From assembly GCA_038245295.1 (NCBI GenBank), contig JBBRSP010000031.1, forward strand, positions 1-64,000: a DNA stretch of 64,000 nucleotides, given 5' to 3'. This DNA is from Candidatus Binatia bacterium. GTDB lineage: Bacteria > Desulfobacterota > Binatia > HRBIN30. The notes beneath the pieces were generated by a model, which was given only the letters and a program-made list of their open reading frames with translations, searched no databases and was not told the origin of the DNA. Each line of letters begins with the position of its first letter. Within the stretch, counting starts at the first letter, position 1. Shown one piece after another: positions 47,112-56,815 of the stretch. The position numbers and the translations under genes were made by a program.

Positions 47112-47984
47112 TCAGCGCAAAGCGCTGGCCGTGCCGACGACGGTCTTCACACCATCGGCCTTCTCGCACCAAACATCACAGGTAACGCGTGTCCTGGGCC
47201 CTTCGCCGACTTCCTCGCGGATCTTGCCGCGCACCTTCAGTTGATCGTTGGGCCACACGACGTTGACCAGGCTGACATTCAGCTTGCCTCCACAGAACCA
47301 ACCGGGTCCGAAGTTGCGGGTCATGATCTCCGAGACGAAGCACACCGACATCATTCCCTGCACGACGACGTCGGGAAATCCGAGTGCGCGCGCCATCTCC
47401 TGATCGGTGTGGTAATTCTTGTGTGGTCCGGAGAAGGCCTGGCACATCGCCAGGGTGATGGCTTTGTGTGCCGGCTCGAGCTCAGCGCCATCACCCTCGC
47501 CGATGGCAAACTGGCGATCCGCTTGTTTTTCGCGATTCTTGTCGACGACGTAGCCACTACCGCCGTCCTCGGCGAGGAAGCTCTGATGTGTCCGGCTGCG
47601 CTGCAGCCAGCGGCCGCTCGTGTCGGTGAAGAGGACTTCGTTGATGACGTACTCGCGACTACGTTTGCGGTAACGTTCGACGATTGTCGAGTGGCTGCGC
47701 ACGGTGTCGCCGACGAGCATCGGCTGGAAGATCTCCCATTCTTGTTTGGCGTGCAGGTTGCCGATGATGTTGGGCAGGTACCAGCTGAGATCGCGATACA
47801 CTTCCGAGTGGAACAGCAGTGCCGGGGCAACGGCGCCTCCCAGCGGCGAGGTGCCGGTATACCAGTTGTTGCGATCCTCCGTGCCGTCGCCGTAGGTCGC
47901 GATCAGATCGGGGGTAATCGTGTAGTCGCGACCACCCATGTCGCGGCCGACGTAGACTCCGTGCTCTTCGTGGAACGTTGCCAT
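47112..47984 (-). CDS. Double hot-dog MaoC-family dehydratase
   Basis: GNLHAKQEWE, NYHTD...ALGFPDVVVQGMM, VVWPND. Confidence 0.85.
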   Translation of the reverse strand: MATFHEEHGVYVGRDMGGRDYTITPDLIATYGDGTEDRNNWYTGTSPLGGAVAPALLFHSEVYRDLSWYLPNIIGNLHAKQEWEIFQPMLVGDTVRSHSTIVERYRKRSREYVINEVLFTDTSGRWLQRSRTHQSFLAEDGGSGYVVDKNREKQADRQFAIGEGDGAELEPAHKAITLAMCQAFSGPHKNYHTDQEMARALGFPDVVVQGMMSVCFVSEIMTRNFGPGWFCGGKLNVSLVNVVWPNDQLKVRGKIREEVGEGPRTRVTCDVWCEKADGVKTVVGTASALR

Positions 47985-48128
47985 GCGTTGCACCTTAGGC
48001 GGCGGCCGGAGTGAAGGTCAATCAAGGTGCTCGCCAAAAGCACAGTCGTCTCTGGTCTTTCTGCCTTCGCCGTCGCCTGCGTTCAGACAAGGCTTGAGCC
48101 CTCGCGCGAAAGCTGCAACCTTCGGCGA

Positions 48129-49019
48129 ATGTCATCACCGTCACAATCAACCGCCGAGTTGCTGGGGTTCGCCTCCGACGCACGCGTGTTGCTCGTCAAC
48201 GCGGATGACTTCGGTATGTGTCACGCCGAGAATGCCGCCACGGTGGAGGGTCTCGACACCGGAGCCTACGATTCGGCCACGGTGATGGTGCCGTGTCCCT
48301 GGTTCAAGGACACGGCGGGGTATGCGCGCCGCAACCCGAAGGCCGACATCGGCGTGCACATCACCCACACCAGCGAATGGGAGATCTACAAGTGGGGACC
48401 CGTCAGCGGCCCCGGCGAGGTCCCGAGGCTGGTGCTTGGCGACGGCTTCTTCCCCCGTGATGTCGAAACCCTGTACCGGCTGGTCGGCGATTCAGGCATC
48501 GATGAAATGGAACGTGAAACGCGTGCCCAGATCGAACGAGCGCTCGACACGGGGATCGATGTTACCCATCTCGACTCCCATATGGGCACGGTTCAACTCG
48601 ATCCCCGCTACCACGAACTGTATGTGCGCATCGCGGCTGACTACAAATTGCCGATCCGCCGTATGGCGCGCGGTTCACTGATCGACATGGGTATGGAGCG
48701 AGTCGTGCAATTGGCGGACAAGCTGGGTGTCTTGTCGCCGGATAAGCTTTGGGTTGGCGGTCCATCGTCGCCGGCGGAGACGGAAGCCTACTGGAGCGAC
48801 TTCCTGCGGCATCTTTCCCCGGGCGTGACGGAGATCTTCATCCATGCGGGGATCGATACGCCGGAAGGCCACGCCATCACCCCGGCGTGGCGGCAACGCG
48901 TGTCCGACCACCAGTTCTTTCTCGCCGACTCAACGCGCCGTTTGCTTGACGACCTCAACATTCAGCGGGTTGGCTACCGCGCCTTGCGTGATCGCCAGCG
49001 TGAACTGACGCCATGTTGA
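48129..49019 (+). CDS. ChbG/YdjC-family carbohydrate deacetylase
   Basis: VNADDFG, IGVHIT, THLDSHM, TEIFIH. Confidence 0.88.
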   Translation: MSSPSQSTAELLGFASDARVLLVNADDFGMCHAENAATVEGLDTGAYDSATVMVPCPWFKDTAGYARRNPKADIGVHITHTSEWEIYKWGPVSGPGEVPRLVLGDGFFPRDVETLYRLVGDSGIDEMERETRAQIERALDTGIDVTHLDSHMGTVQLDPRYHELYVRIAADYKLPIRRMARGSLIDMGMERVVQLADKLGVLSPDKLWVGGPSSPAETEAYWSDFLRHLSPGVTEIFIHAGIDTPEGHAITPAWRQRVSDHQFFLADSTRRLLDDLNIQRVGYRALRDRQRELTPC

Positions 49020-49549
49020 TCTTTCTGATTGCGATCCCACTGGTCCTGGTGGCGATCGCGATCGTGCTCTACCTCAGCACGATTCTGTATGGCGCCATCA
49101 CCGGCCCGTTCGAAGGAGTCTTTGAGCGCCGGCGTTTTGCGCGCTACGAGGCACGCGCTAGTCAATGTGATGAGTTGATCAAACACGGCGAGCAGCAACG
49201 TGCCTTGGAGCTGCTGCACGCAGCGTTCTACCCCTACACGGTGCGCCATCGCGAGCTGGCAAGTCGCGTCGTCAATCACCATACGGCGTTGCTGAGCCGC
49301 GCCATCGCTCTGACGGCGGAAGCGCAAGGCGGCACGGTGCGTCTGCTTTCGTTGGCCAAGGTCGATCGGCTGTTGTCGGAGCGTAGCGCCCTGCAACGTC
49401 GGTACTTCTCGGCGAGCCCCGGGAAGGGCAAGGACAGTCGCCACGAAGTCAACGTGGCGCTGCGGATGAACGGTCGTGATCTCAGCGCCGCGTTGCACCA
49501 GTTGGTTACGGAGGTTGCGGCCATGCAGCGGCCGCCGACACTGCATTGA
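49013..49549 (+). CDS. Hypothetical membrane-anchored protein
   Basis: N-terminal transmembrane helix; overlaps the upstream gene's stop, consistent with an operon. Confidence 0.65.
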   Translation: MLIFLIAIPLVLVAIAIVLYLSTILYGAITGPFEGVFERRRFARYEARASQCDELIKHGEQQRALELLHAAFYPYTVRHRELASRVVNHHTALLSRAIALTAEAQGGTVRLLSLAKVDRLLSERSALQRRYFSASPGKGKDSRHEVNVALRMNGRDLSAALHQLVTEVAAMQRPPTLH

Positions 49550-49616
49550 AGGCCACGGGTCTCGACGCTCCCGATAGCGCTTGGTAGTTAGCGCGCTTCC
49601 GTCGAGGAGGTTCATC

Positions 49617-50726
49617 GTGGCAATGCGCAAGACGCGACTAGGCAAACATCCGAAGATCGATCCGAAACCCATCGGTCGTGGCATCTCTGTTACCGATCTG
49701 GTTGATCGCACGTTCCTGGCTTACAACGCGGCGCGTTTGCGCGAGGCCTGTCAGTTGTTCGTGCGGCGCATGTTGGAAGAGAATGTGACGATTGGTGTCA
49801 GTCTCACGGGCGCTCTGACTCCTGCCGGACTTGGTATCGCGGCGTTGATCCCGCTGATCGAGCATGGGTTCATCGATTGGATGACGAGCACCGGTGCCAA
49901 CCTATACCATGACACCCACTTCGGCATCGGCCTGGATATGCACGTGGGGTCACCCTTCGCCGATGACGTCGACCTGCGCGACAAGGGCATCGTGCGTATC
50001 TACGACATCTTTTTCGACTACGAAGTCCTGCTCGAAACCGATTCGTTCTTCCGCAAGGTGATCACCGCCCCGGAGTTCCAGAAGCCGATGAGCACGGCGG
50101 AGTTCCATTTCCTTTGTGGCAAGTACGTTCGCCAGCGCGAACGTCTGCTTGGGCTGAAGCGCCGCTCGGTGCTGTCGACGGCGCACGAGTTCGGTCTGCC
50201 CATCTATACGTCGTCGCCCGGCGACAGCTCGATCGGCATGAATGTCGCCGCCATGGCGCTGCAAGGCAATCAGTTGATGTTCGATGTGTCGCGCGACGTC
50301 AACGAGACTGCCGCCCTCGTGCTCGGTGCGAAGGAGAAGGCCGGCAAGAGCGCCATTATGATCATCGGCGGCGGTTCGCCGAAGAACTTCATGCTGCAAA
50401 CCGAGCCGCAGATTCAGGAAGTCCTGGGCATCAGCGAGAGCGGCCACGATTACTTCCTGCAGATCACCGACGCGCGGCCGGATACCGGCGGCCTCTCCGG
50501 AGCGACGCCGGCCGAAGCGGTGAGCTGGGGTAAGGTTGACCCGGATGCGTTACCCAGCACGGTGGTCTGTTACCTCGATTCAACCGTCGCGCTGCCTATC
50601 CTGACGGCGTATGCCATTGCCAATCACAAGAAACGTAAGCCGAAGCGGCTGTACGATCGGCGCGAGGCGCTCATGGCGACTCTCGAGAAGCGTTACCAAC
50701 AGGTCCGCAAGCGTGGGCTGCGTTGA
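49617..50726 (+). CDS. Deoxyhypusine synthase-like protein (bacterial SpeY-type, homospermidine biosynthesis)
   Basis: [36 protein letters not shown] start after GAGGAGG. Confidence 0.9.
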   Translation: MAMRKTRLGKHPKIDPKPIGRGISVTDLVDRTFLAYNAARLREACQLFVRRMLEENVTIGVSLTGALTPAGLGIAALIPLIEHGFIDWMTSTGANLYHDTHFGIGLDMHVGSPFADDVDLRDKGIVRIYDIFFDYEVLLETDSFFRKVITAPEFQKPMSTAEFHFLCGKYVRQRERLLGLKRRSVLSTAHEFGLPIYTSSPGDSSIGMNVAAMALQGNQLMFDVSRDVNETAALVLGAKEKAGKSAIMIIGGGSPKNFMLQTEPQIQEVLGISESGHDYFLQITDARPDTGGLSGATPAEAVSWGKVDPDALPSTVVCYLDSTVALPILTAYAIANHKKRKPKRLYDRREALMATLEKRYQQVRKRGLR

Positions 50727-51514
50727 TGTACGAACACGAGCTCGAAGTAGCGGTTGCGGCGGCGCGTAGCGCCGGTGCGGCCGTGAAGTCTTGGTACGAC
50801 GGCACGGTCACCGTACAGAAAAAGGAAAACAACAGCCCGCTAACCGAAGCCGACGTTGAATCAAACCGCATCATCCAAGCGGCCATCATGGATGCATTTC
50901 CTGACGACGGTTGGCTCTCCGAGGAGACGCGCGATACCGATGAACGTCTGGGCAAGCAGCGCGCCTGGATCGTCGACCCGCTCGACGGCACGCGCGAGTT
51001 CGTCAAACGCATCCCAGAGTTCGTCGTCTGCATCGGCCTGGCCGATCGTGGCGAGGCGGTGGTTGGTGTCGAGTACAATCCGGTGAGCGAGGAGTTCTTC
51101 GCGGGTGCCAAGGGGCTGGGGCTGACACTGAATGGTGCGGCGGTCCATACGACGGAGCTGGCCGATCTCAAACAGGCGCGAGTGCTGGCCAGTCGGTCGG
51201 AGGACAAACGCGGCGAGTGGGACGAATTTTGCGACGATATGCGTGTCGAGCTCACCGGCAGCGTGGCGTACAAGCTCGGGCTGATTGCGGCCGGGCGGGC
51301 CGATGCGACGTTCAGTCTCACGCCCAAGAACGAATGGGACGTCTGCGCGGGTGCCGCGCTAATCTTGGCCGGCGGCGGTCGCATGACCGATCGTTACGCC
51401 AAGCCGCTGCGGTTCAATCAGAGTGACACCAAGCTCCCCGGGCTGATCGCCTGCGCGGCGTCGCTGTTCGATCCGATCGTCGCGCTTCTGCGGCAGCGCG
51501 GGAGGATGGAGTAG
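50726..51514 (+). CDS. Inositol monophosphatase / CysQ-family phosphatase
   Basis: PLTEAD, LSEE, WIVDPLDGTREF, EWDVCAG. TGATG coupling to the upstream gene. Confidence 0.9.
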   Translation: MYEHELEVAVAAARSAGAAVKSWYDGTVTVQKKENNSPLTEADVESNRIIQAAIMDAFPDDGWLSEETRDTDERLGKQRAWIVDPLDGTREFVKRIPEFVVCIGLADRGEAVVGVEYNPVSEEFFAGAKGLGLTLNGAAVHTTELADLKQARVLASRSEDKRGEWDEFCDDMRVELTGSVAYKLGLIAAGRADATFSLTPKNEWDVCAGAALILAGGGRMTDRYAKPLRFNQSDTKLPGLIACAASLFDPIVALLRQRGRME

Positions 51515-51580
51515 GAGGGCGCCGCGGGGCGGCGCGCTCCGATTGTGCGCATTCCGGAACACGCCACTCCGTGGCGCCCT
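51511..51580. repeat. REP-like inverted doublet between convergent genes
   Basis: GTAGGAGGGCGCCGCGGGGCGGCGCGCTCC ... GGAACACGCCACTCCGTGGCGCCCT. Single relatives at ~34657-34681 and ~40761-40785. Confidence 0.6.
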
Positions 51581-51594
51581 TCAGCGGTTAATCC

Positions 51595-52749
51595 TCAAGC
51601 CGAGTACTTCGTCTCCACATCACCCTTACGCAGCCGCTGCGCGATGACGATCTGTTGCACTTCGCTCGAGCCGTCGTAGACGCGCGCCACACGCACGTCG
51701 CGCCACAGACGATCGATCATGTACTCGCCACGAATGTAGCCGTTGCCGCCGAAGATCTGCATCGCGTCGTCGACGGTCTGCCAGGCGTTTTCCGCCGCCA
51801 CCAACTTCGCGGTGGACGATTCGCGAATCGCCTGCTCGCCGCGATCGAGCAGCCAGGCGCTGCGATAGACCAGCAGGCGTGCGGCATCGATGCGTGCCGC
51901 CATTTGCGCCAGCTTGAACGCGATTGATTGATGCTCGGCAAGCGGCTTGCCGAAGGTGTGGCGCTCCTCGGCGTATTGCAGGGCCAACTCGAGGGCTTTC
52001 TGTCCGGCGCCAACACAGCGCGCCGCCAGGGTCGTGCGTCCTTCGGCGAGTGTGCGCTTGGCGTAGTCGAAGCCTTTGCCTTCCTCGCCGACCAGGGCGT
52101 TCGCCGGAATCTTGCAGTCTTCGAGGACGATCTCGGAAATCTGTGAGCCTTGATGCCCGGTGGTGTCGAAGATCGAGCCGATGCTCAGGCCGGGCGACTC
52201 GCGGTCGACGATGAACGCCGTGATGCCTTTGTCGCCGCGCGCGAACAGCATGTACTGATGCGCAAGCGGTGCATTGGTGATGAACATCGTGCGGCCGTTC
52301 AGAACGTAGTGGTCACCCTTGCGCTCGGCGCGGGTGGTCATGGCTCCGGCGTCGGAGCCGGCCCCCGGCTCGGTCAAGGCGAAGGAGCCCAGCCACTCGC
52401 CGGTCGCCATTTTCGGCAGGTAGTGATCCTTCTGCGCCGGCGAACCGAATTTGCAGATGCCGACGCAACCAATGCCGGTGTGGACGCTGATAAAGCTCGC
52501 CAGGCCCCAGGGGCCACGGCCCAGTTGCTCGTGCACGAGCGCCTTCTGAAACACCGACAGCCCGAGGCCGCCGTACTCAGCCGGGATGCTGAGACCAAAC
52601 AGCCCAAGCTCGCCGGCACCGTCGATCAACGCTTGCGGCAGCTTGTCGTTCTTGTCGATCTCCTGCCAGCACGTGTTGGCTTGCTCTTCGACAAAGTCGC
52701 GCACCGACCGCGCGAGCATCGCGTCATCTGCCGAGATTGTGAAATCCAT
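51595..52749 (-). CDS. Acyl-CoA dehydrogenase
   Basis: FALTEPGAGSD, ERHTFGKPL, QIFGGNGY, YDGSSEVQ. Confidence 0.93.
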   Translation of the reverse strand: MDFTISADDAMLARSVRDFVEEQANTCWQEIDKNDKLPQALIDGAGELGLFGLSIPAEYGGLGLSVFQKALVHEQLGRGPWGLASFISVHTGIGCVGICKFGSPAQKDHYLPKMATGEWLGSFALTEPGAGSDAGAMTTRAERKGDHYVLNGRTMFITNAPLAHQYMLFARGDKGITAFIVDRESPGLSIGSIFDTTGHQGSQISEIVLEDCKIPANALVGEEGKGFDYAKRTLAEGRTTLAARCVGAGQKALELALQYAEERHTFGKPLAEHQSIAFKLAQMAARIDAARLLVYRSAWLLDRGEQAIRESSTAKLVAAENAWQTVDDAMQIFGGNGYIRGEYMIDRLWRDVRVARVYDGSSEVQQIVIAQRLRKGDVETKYSA

Positions 52750-52780
52750 GATTGCTTCTCCATCCGTCATTCCGGCGAAA

Positions 52781-52939
52781 GAGACTGTCGAGTTTCTCTG
52801 CTCGCACGCTTAAAGCATACAAACAACGCCGTCATTCCGGCGAAAGCCGGAATATCCCCAGCACTTCTAAGATTCCGGCCGATGAGATCCCGGCTTTCGC
52901 CGGGATGACGTTGTGGCATCCGAGTTTATCGACAGTCTC
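52781..52939. mobile_element. 159-bp MITE with perfect 10-bp TIRs inserted in a hairpin loop
   Basis: GAGACTGTCG ... CGACAGTCTC flanked by GAAA/GAAG. The empty site is CATTCCGGC-GAAR-GCCGGAATG. Confidence 0.85.
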
Positions 52940-53005
52940 GAAGGCCGGAATGCAGTGCAGTAGGCGAGTGAGGGTAGTCTCATCGCCTTCGTTTCGACCA
53001 AGGCT

Positions 53006-53479
53006 TCAAGTCTGCGGCGTCAGGCGCAGGAGAATCGTCTTCCCCGACTCATTGCGTGACCGACTCGGCCGGAAGAACCCGGCCCAGGCGATCCAGTATT
53101 TCTTGTTGTAGATCTCCCCGAGCCGGTCGGCTTTTGCGCCGTCCTTGATGATCTCCGCCTTCATGGTGACGAACGGACCATCCTCGCCCTTGGTCGACAA
53201 GAACACCGGGCTGCCGCGTTTGATGCGTTTGGCTTTCCAGCTTGTCGGCGACGTGGTGAACCAGATCGCATTGTCCATCAAGCCGAACCATACCGGCACC
53301 ACCTTGCTGTGGGAGCCGTCTTTGCGCTGGGTGCCGACGTAAATATAGGAGCCGTCGCGCAGCGCGGCCATTGTTGGTTGATCGAGTCCTGGCACAGTTT
53401 CCTCCGCACTGGCTGTGCGCGGCACGGCGCTTCCCAGCGACGCACACAGCAGAAATACACCGGCGAGACCGATTTTCAT
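53006..53479 (-). CDS. Pyridoxamine-5'-phosphate-oxidase-like split-barrel protein with apparent signal peptide
   Basis: TQRKDGSHSKVVPVWF, SWKAKRIKR, YNKKY; N-terminus MKIGLAGVFLLCASLG…ASA. Confidence 0.75.
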   Translation of the reverse strand: MKIGLAGVFLLCASLGSAVPRTASAEETVPGLDQPTMAALRDGSYIYVGTQRKDGSHSKVVPVWFGLMDNAIWFTTSPTSWKAKRIKRGSPVFLSTKGEDGPFVTMKAEIIKDGAKADRLGEIYNKKYWIAWAGFFRPSRSRNESGKTILLRLTPQT

Positions 53480-53531
53480 GCTGGAGTTCCTTCCGGCGCG
53501 CCGACTAGCCCGAATCGCTGAACGTGACAAC

Positions 53532-54275
53532 CTACCACTTGGCGCCGCGGGTGATTTGGATCGGTTGGCGCGCGTCGCGTTTGCGTCGCAGCAACACATA
53601 GAGCGCCCCAACGCCACCATCACACGGCCGCGCCGAGGTGAAGGCCAGCACCAGGCGGGCGCGTTGGCCGCGCGCCAACCAGGTGGTCGTCCAGTTCTTC
53701 AGCACCGGCACCTGATCCTTAGAATTCATGCCGCGCCCGTGGATGATCAACACACAGCGCTTGCCGGCCTGGAAGGAGCGCGTCAGGAACGCATCGAGGT
53801 CGACCTTGGCCTGATCGATCGTCAGCCGGTGCAGGTCGATGTAGGCTTGATACGAGAATTCACCGTTGCGCAGACGACGCAGCAGACGACGGTCGAGACC
53901 GACCACGAAGCCCTCGATTGACTCATCGCTCTGCGAGACATCGAAGTCGGCGTTGCCGCTGACCAGGTCGGAGAGCTCCGCCAGTGCTTCAGCCTCCGGA
54001 TCACTGAGCTCGCGTGGTGGTGACGCCGGCGGTGGCGCGGCAACACGCTGGCGTTCGGCCGCCTCGAGGCGCCGCGCGCCATCCATGGCGCGCAAGAACA
54101 GCTCGTGGTCATCGGGGATTTCCGCCGTAGGCGGCGGTGGCGGGGCAGGGGGAGGCACCGGCTTGGCGGCGGGCACCGCGACCCGCTTCAGCTCTTTGAA
54201 GGGCCGATTGATGAAATCGACTGGCGCCGATGAGGCGCCACCCGGCGGCGCGCCGCGCTTCTTCTTGTGTTTCAT
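53532..54275 (-). CDS. Smr/MutS2-domain protein
   Basis: IDLHRLT, VLIIHGRG, GGVGALYVLLR. Confidence 0.9.
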   Translation of the reverse strand: MKHKKKRGAPPGGASSAPVDFINRPFKELKRVAVPAAKPVPPPAPPPPPTAEIPDDHELFLRAMDGARRLEAAERQRVAAPPPASPPRELSDPEAEALAELSDLVSGNADFDVSQSDESIEGFVVGLDRRLLRRLRNGEFSYQAYIDLHRLTIDQAKVDLDAFLTRSFQAGKRCVLIIHGRGMNSKDQVPVLKNWTTTWLARGQRARLVLAFTSARPCDGGVGALYVLLRRKRDARQPIQITRGAKW

Positions 54276-54319
54276 GCGTCGTACGAGTCCTATGGGTCCT
54301 ATACGACCCATGAGTCAAA

Positions 54320-55480
54320 CTAGCTGCGACTGCGCGGCAACCCCAGTACCCGCTCAGCGATCACATTGCGTTGCACTTCCGAAGTTCCGGCGAAGATCGT
54401 GCACGACCGATAGTAGAGATACGAGCGTGCCCAACGGCCATTGTCGACGGAATGTGAATCGCCGCGCCACAACTGGGCACGCGGCCCCAAGAGGTCCATT
54501 GCCGTGTCGTGCAAGCGCTGGCTCATCTCGCTCCAAAAGAGTTTTACCAACGAGCTCTCGGGCCCGGGTTTGCCGTGGCGCAGGACACTCGTCAGCACGC
54601 GCCAGTTGTGCAGCTTGAACAGCTCGAGCTCGATCAACGACTGAGCGATGCGTTGCCGCAGCAACGGATCATCCGCCGAGTCGCGCGCCAGCTGCAACAG
54701 CTCGTCCATCAGGATGCGATGAATGACGAGCTGCCTTGGGCTGGTGCCGCGTTCGTGACTCAGCGTCGTCTGCGCGATGTCCCAGCCCTGGTTCAGCTCG
54801 CCGACTAGATGTTCGGCTGGAATACGCACGTTCTCAAGGAAGACTTCGTTGAACTCTTCGGTGCCGGTCATCTGGCGCAGCGGTCGGATGGATACGCCGG
54901 GGCTGCGCATGTCGACGATGAAGAAGCTGATGCCCTTGGCCTTCGGGGCGGCGAAGTCGGTGCGCGCCAACAAGATGCCCCAGCGCGCGAACTGGGCATA
55001 ACTCGTCCACACCTTCTGGCCGTTAATGACGAAGTCGTCGCCGTCGCGTTCCGCGCCACAGCGCAAGGCGGTGAGATCGGAGCCGGCGTTCGGCTCGGAG
55101 AACAACTGGCACCAGATTTCTTCGGCCGACAGGATCTTCGGCAGAAAGCGCTGCTTGATGGTTTCAGTAGCGTGGCGGATGAGGGTTGGACCGACCAGAT
55201 TGATGCCGATGCGCCCGATCAGCTCGGGGGCACGGGCACGCGCGAACTCTTCCTGGAGGATGTAGTTCTCAATGATCGAGGCGCCGCGGCCGCCATACTC
55301 GCGCGGCCAATGCACGCCGACCCAGCCACCGCTCGAGAGATGGCTCTGCCACTTGATCAACCAGGCAACTTCGTCGCCGAGATCGTCGGACTCCGGTGCC
55401 GGTTCCGGACGGTTCAGCATCAGCCAGGCGCGCAATTCGGCGCGGAAGGCTTCTTCGGATTCAGAGAAGGATAGGTCCAT
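54320..55480 (-). CDS. Acyl-CoA dehydrogenase (FadE17/FadE26-like subgroup)
   Basis: WPREYGG, WCQLFSEPNAGSDL, GQKVWTS, FNEVF, TIFAGTSEVQRN. Confidence 0.93.
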   Translation of the reverse strand: MDLSFSESEEAFRAELRAWLMLNRPEPAPESDDLGDEVAWLIKWQSHLSSGGWVGVHWPREYGGRGASIIENYILQEEFARARAPELIGRIGINLVGPTLIRHATETIKQRFLPKILSAEEIWCQLFSEPNAGSDLTALRCGAERDGDDFVINGQKVWTSYAQFARWGILLARTDFAAPKAKGISFFIVDMRSPGVSIRPLRQMTGTEEFNEVFLENVRIPAEHLVGELNQGWDIAQTTLSHERGTSPRQLVIHRILMDELLQLARDSADDPLLRQRIAQSLIELELFKLHNWRVLTSVLRHGKPGPESSLVKLFWSEMSQRLHDTAMDLLGPRAQLWRGDSHSVDNGRWARSYLYYRSCTIFAGTSEVQRNVIAERVLGLPRSRS

Positions 55481-55504
55481 CTTCAATCACGGATTCGATT
55501 GCCG

Positions 55505-56695
55505 CTAGATGGCTCCAGCAACGCGCCATGCGCGGATCTCCTCATCGGTTGCGTTGGCCACCCCGCGTAGGATCTCCTCGGTATCGGCGCCCAGCGCCGA
55601 TGCGGCGCGGTAGGCCGGCGGCGTGGCGTCGACTCTGATCGGGCAGCCGACTTCGCGCAGTACACCGAATTGCGGGTGCGGAACGTCAATCACCATCTGT
55701 CGCGCCGCGACGTGTGGATCAGCCAGGGCTTCCTCCACGGTGTAGACGGGGGCGCAGGGTACTTCGCCCTGGAAGAGATCCAGCCACTCGCGCGTCGTGC
55801 GTTGGCGTAAGTCCTTCTCGACAATGGCGAGGAACTCGGCGCGATGCGCGAAGCGATCGGCGAAGGTGCGGAAGCGGGGTTCGTCGAGTAGATCTGTGCG
55901 ACCCATCAACTCCGCCATGCGACGCCAGAACTTTTCCTTCATGCACATGATGACGAGATAACCGTCTTTGGTCGGGAAGTTCTGTGACGGCACCAACGTC
56001 TGATGCGCCGAGTTTGGCAAACGCTCGAGGTGGTGACCGTAGTTCAGATTCCACGCCGCGAGGTAGTTGAGCATCGACAGCGAAGTATCAAGCAGGCTGA
56101 CGTCGAGATCACAGCCGGTACCCCTCTGGCGCGCCTGGAGGACCCCGCTCAGCACCGCGACGGCTGACATCAAGCCGCCGGAAAAGTCGGCGATCGACAC
56201 GCCGCAGCGTGTCGGCGGGCTGTCCGGTTCGCCGCTCAGGCTCATGAACCCGGCGAGGCCTTGTACGAGGAAATCATAACCGGGGTCGGTGGCGCGTGGG
56301 CCGGTCTTGCCGAAACCCGACAAGATGCAACAGACAATGCGTGGGTTGACCGACTTGAGACTGTCGTAGTCGAGCCCGAGCTTGGCCGGCAGATCGCCGC
56401 GTGAGTTGGCGTAGACGACGTCGCTGGCGCGCACGAGGCGGTGGAAGACCTCGCGTCCCTCGCTGGTGCGTAGGTTGAGGGTCAGTGACTTGGCGTTGCG
56501 ATTCATCGACTGGAAGTACGGGCTGTCGCCGTCGATCGCATACGGCGGCACCGTGCGCGCCTCGTCGCCGCCGATCGTTGGGTCTTCGACTTTGATGACC
56601 TCGGCACCGAGATCACCCAGTGTCATCATCGCATAGGGACCGGCGCCGAGTTGGGTGAAAGCCAGGATGCGGATTCCTTCGAGAGGCAGCGGCAT
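55505..56695 (-). CDS. Class III CoA-transferase (CaiB/BaiF family)
   Basis: GPYA...LGDLGAEVIKVE, NRNAKSLTLNL, SGFG, PGYD, AD motif. Confidence 0.93.
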   Translation of the reverse strand: MPLPLEGIRILAFTQLGAGPYAMMTLGDLGAEVIKVEDPTIGGDEARTVPPYAIDGDSPYFQSMNRNAKSLTLNLRTSEGREVFHRLVRASDVVYANSRGDLPAKLGLDYDSLKSVNPRIVCCILSGFGKTGPRATDPGYDFLVQGLAGFMSLSGEPDSPPTRCGVSIADFSGGLMSAVAVLSGVLQARQRGTGCDLDVSLLDTSLSMLNYLAAWNLNYGHHLERLPNSAHQTLVPSQNFPTKDGYLVIMCMKEKFWRRMAELMGRTDLLDEPRFRTFADRFAHRAEFLAIVEKDLRQRTTREWLDLFQGEVPCAPVYTVEEALADPHVAARQMVIDVPHPQFGVLREVGCPIRVDATPPAYRAASALGADTEEILRGVANATDEEIRAWRVAGAI

Positions 56696-56815
56696 GTCCG
56701 CGTTGGTTTACTAGACAGCCGCGGGTCGCGCCACTCTTGGCCGCAAGCTGAAGCTTGCGCCTACCCGAACGCCGCCCCTTAGACTGGCATCGTCCACGAC
56801 GGAAGCCGCAGGCTT

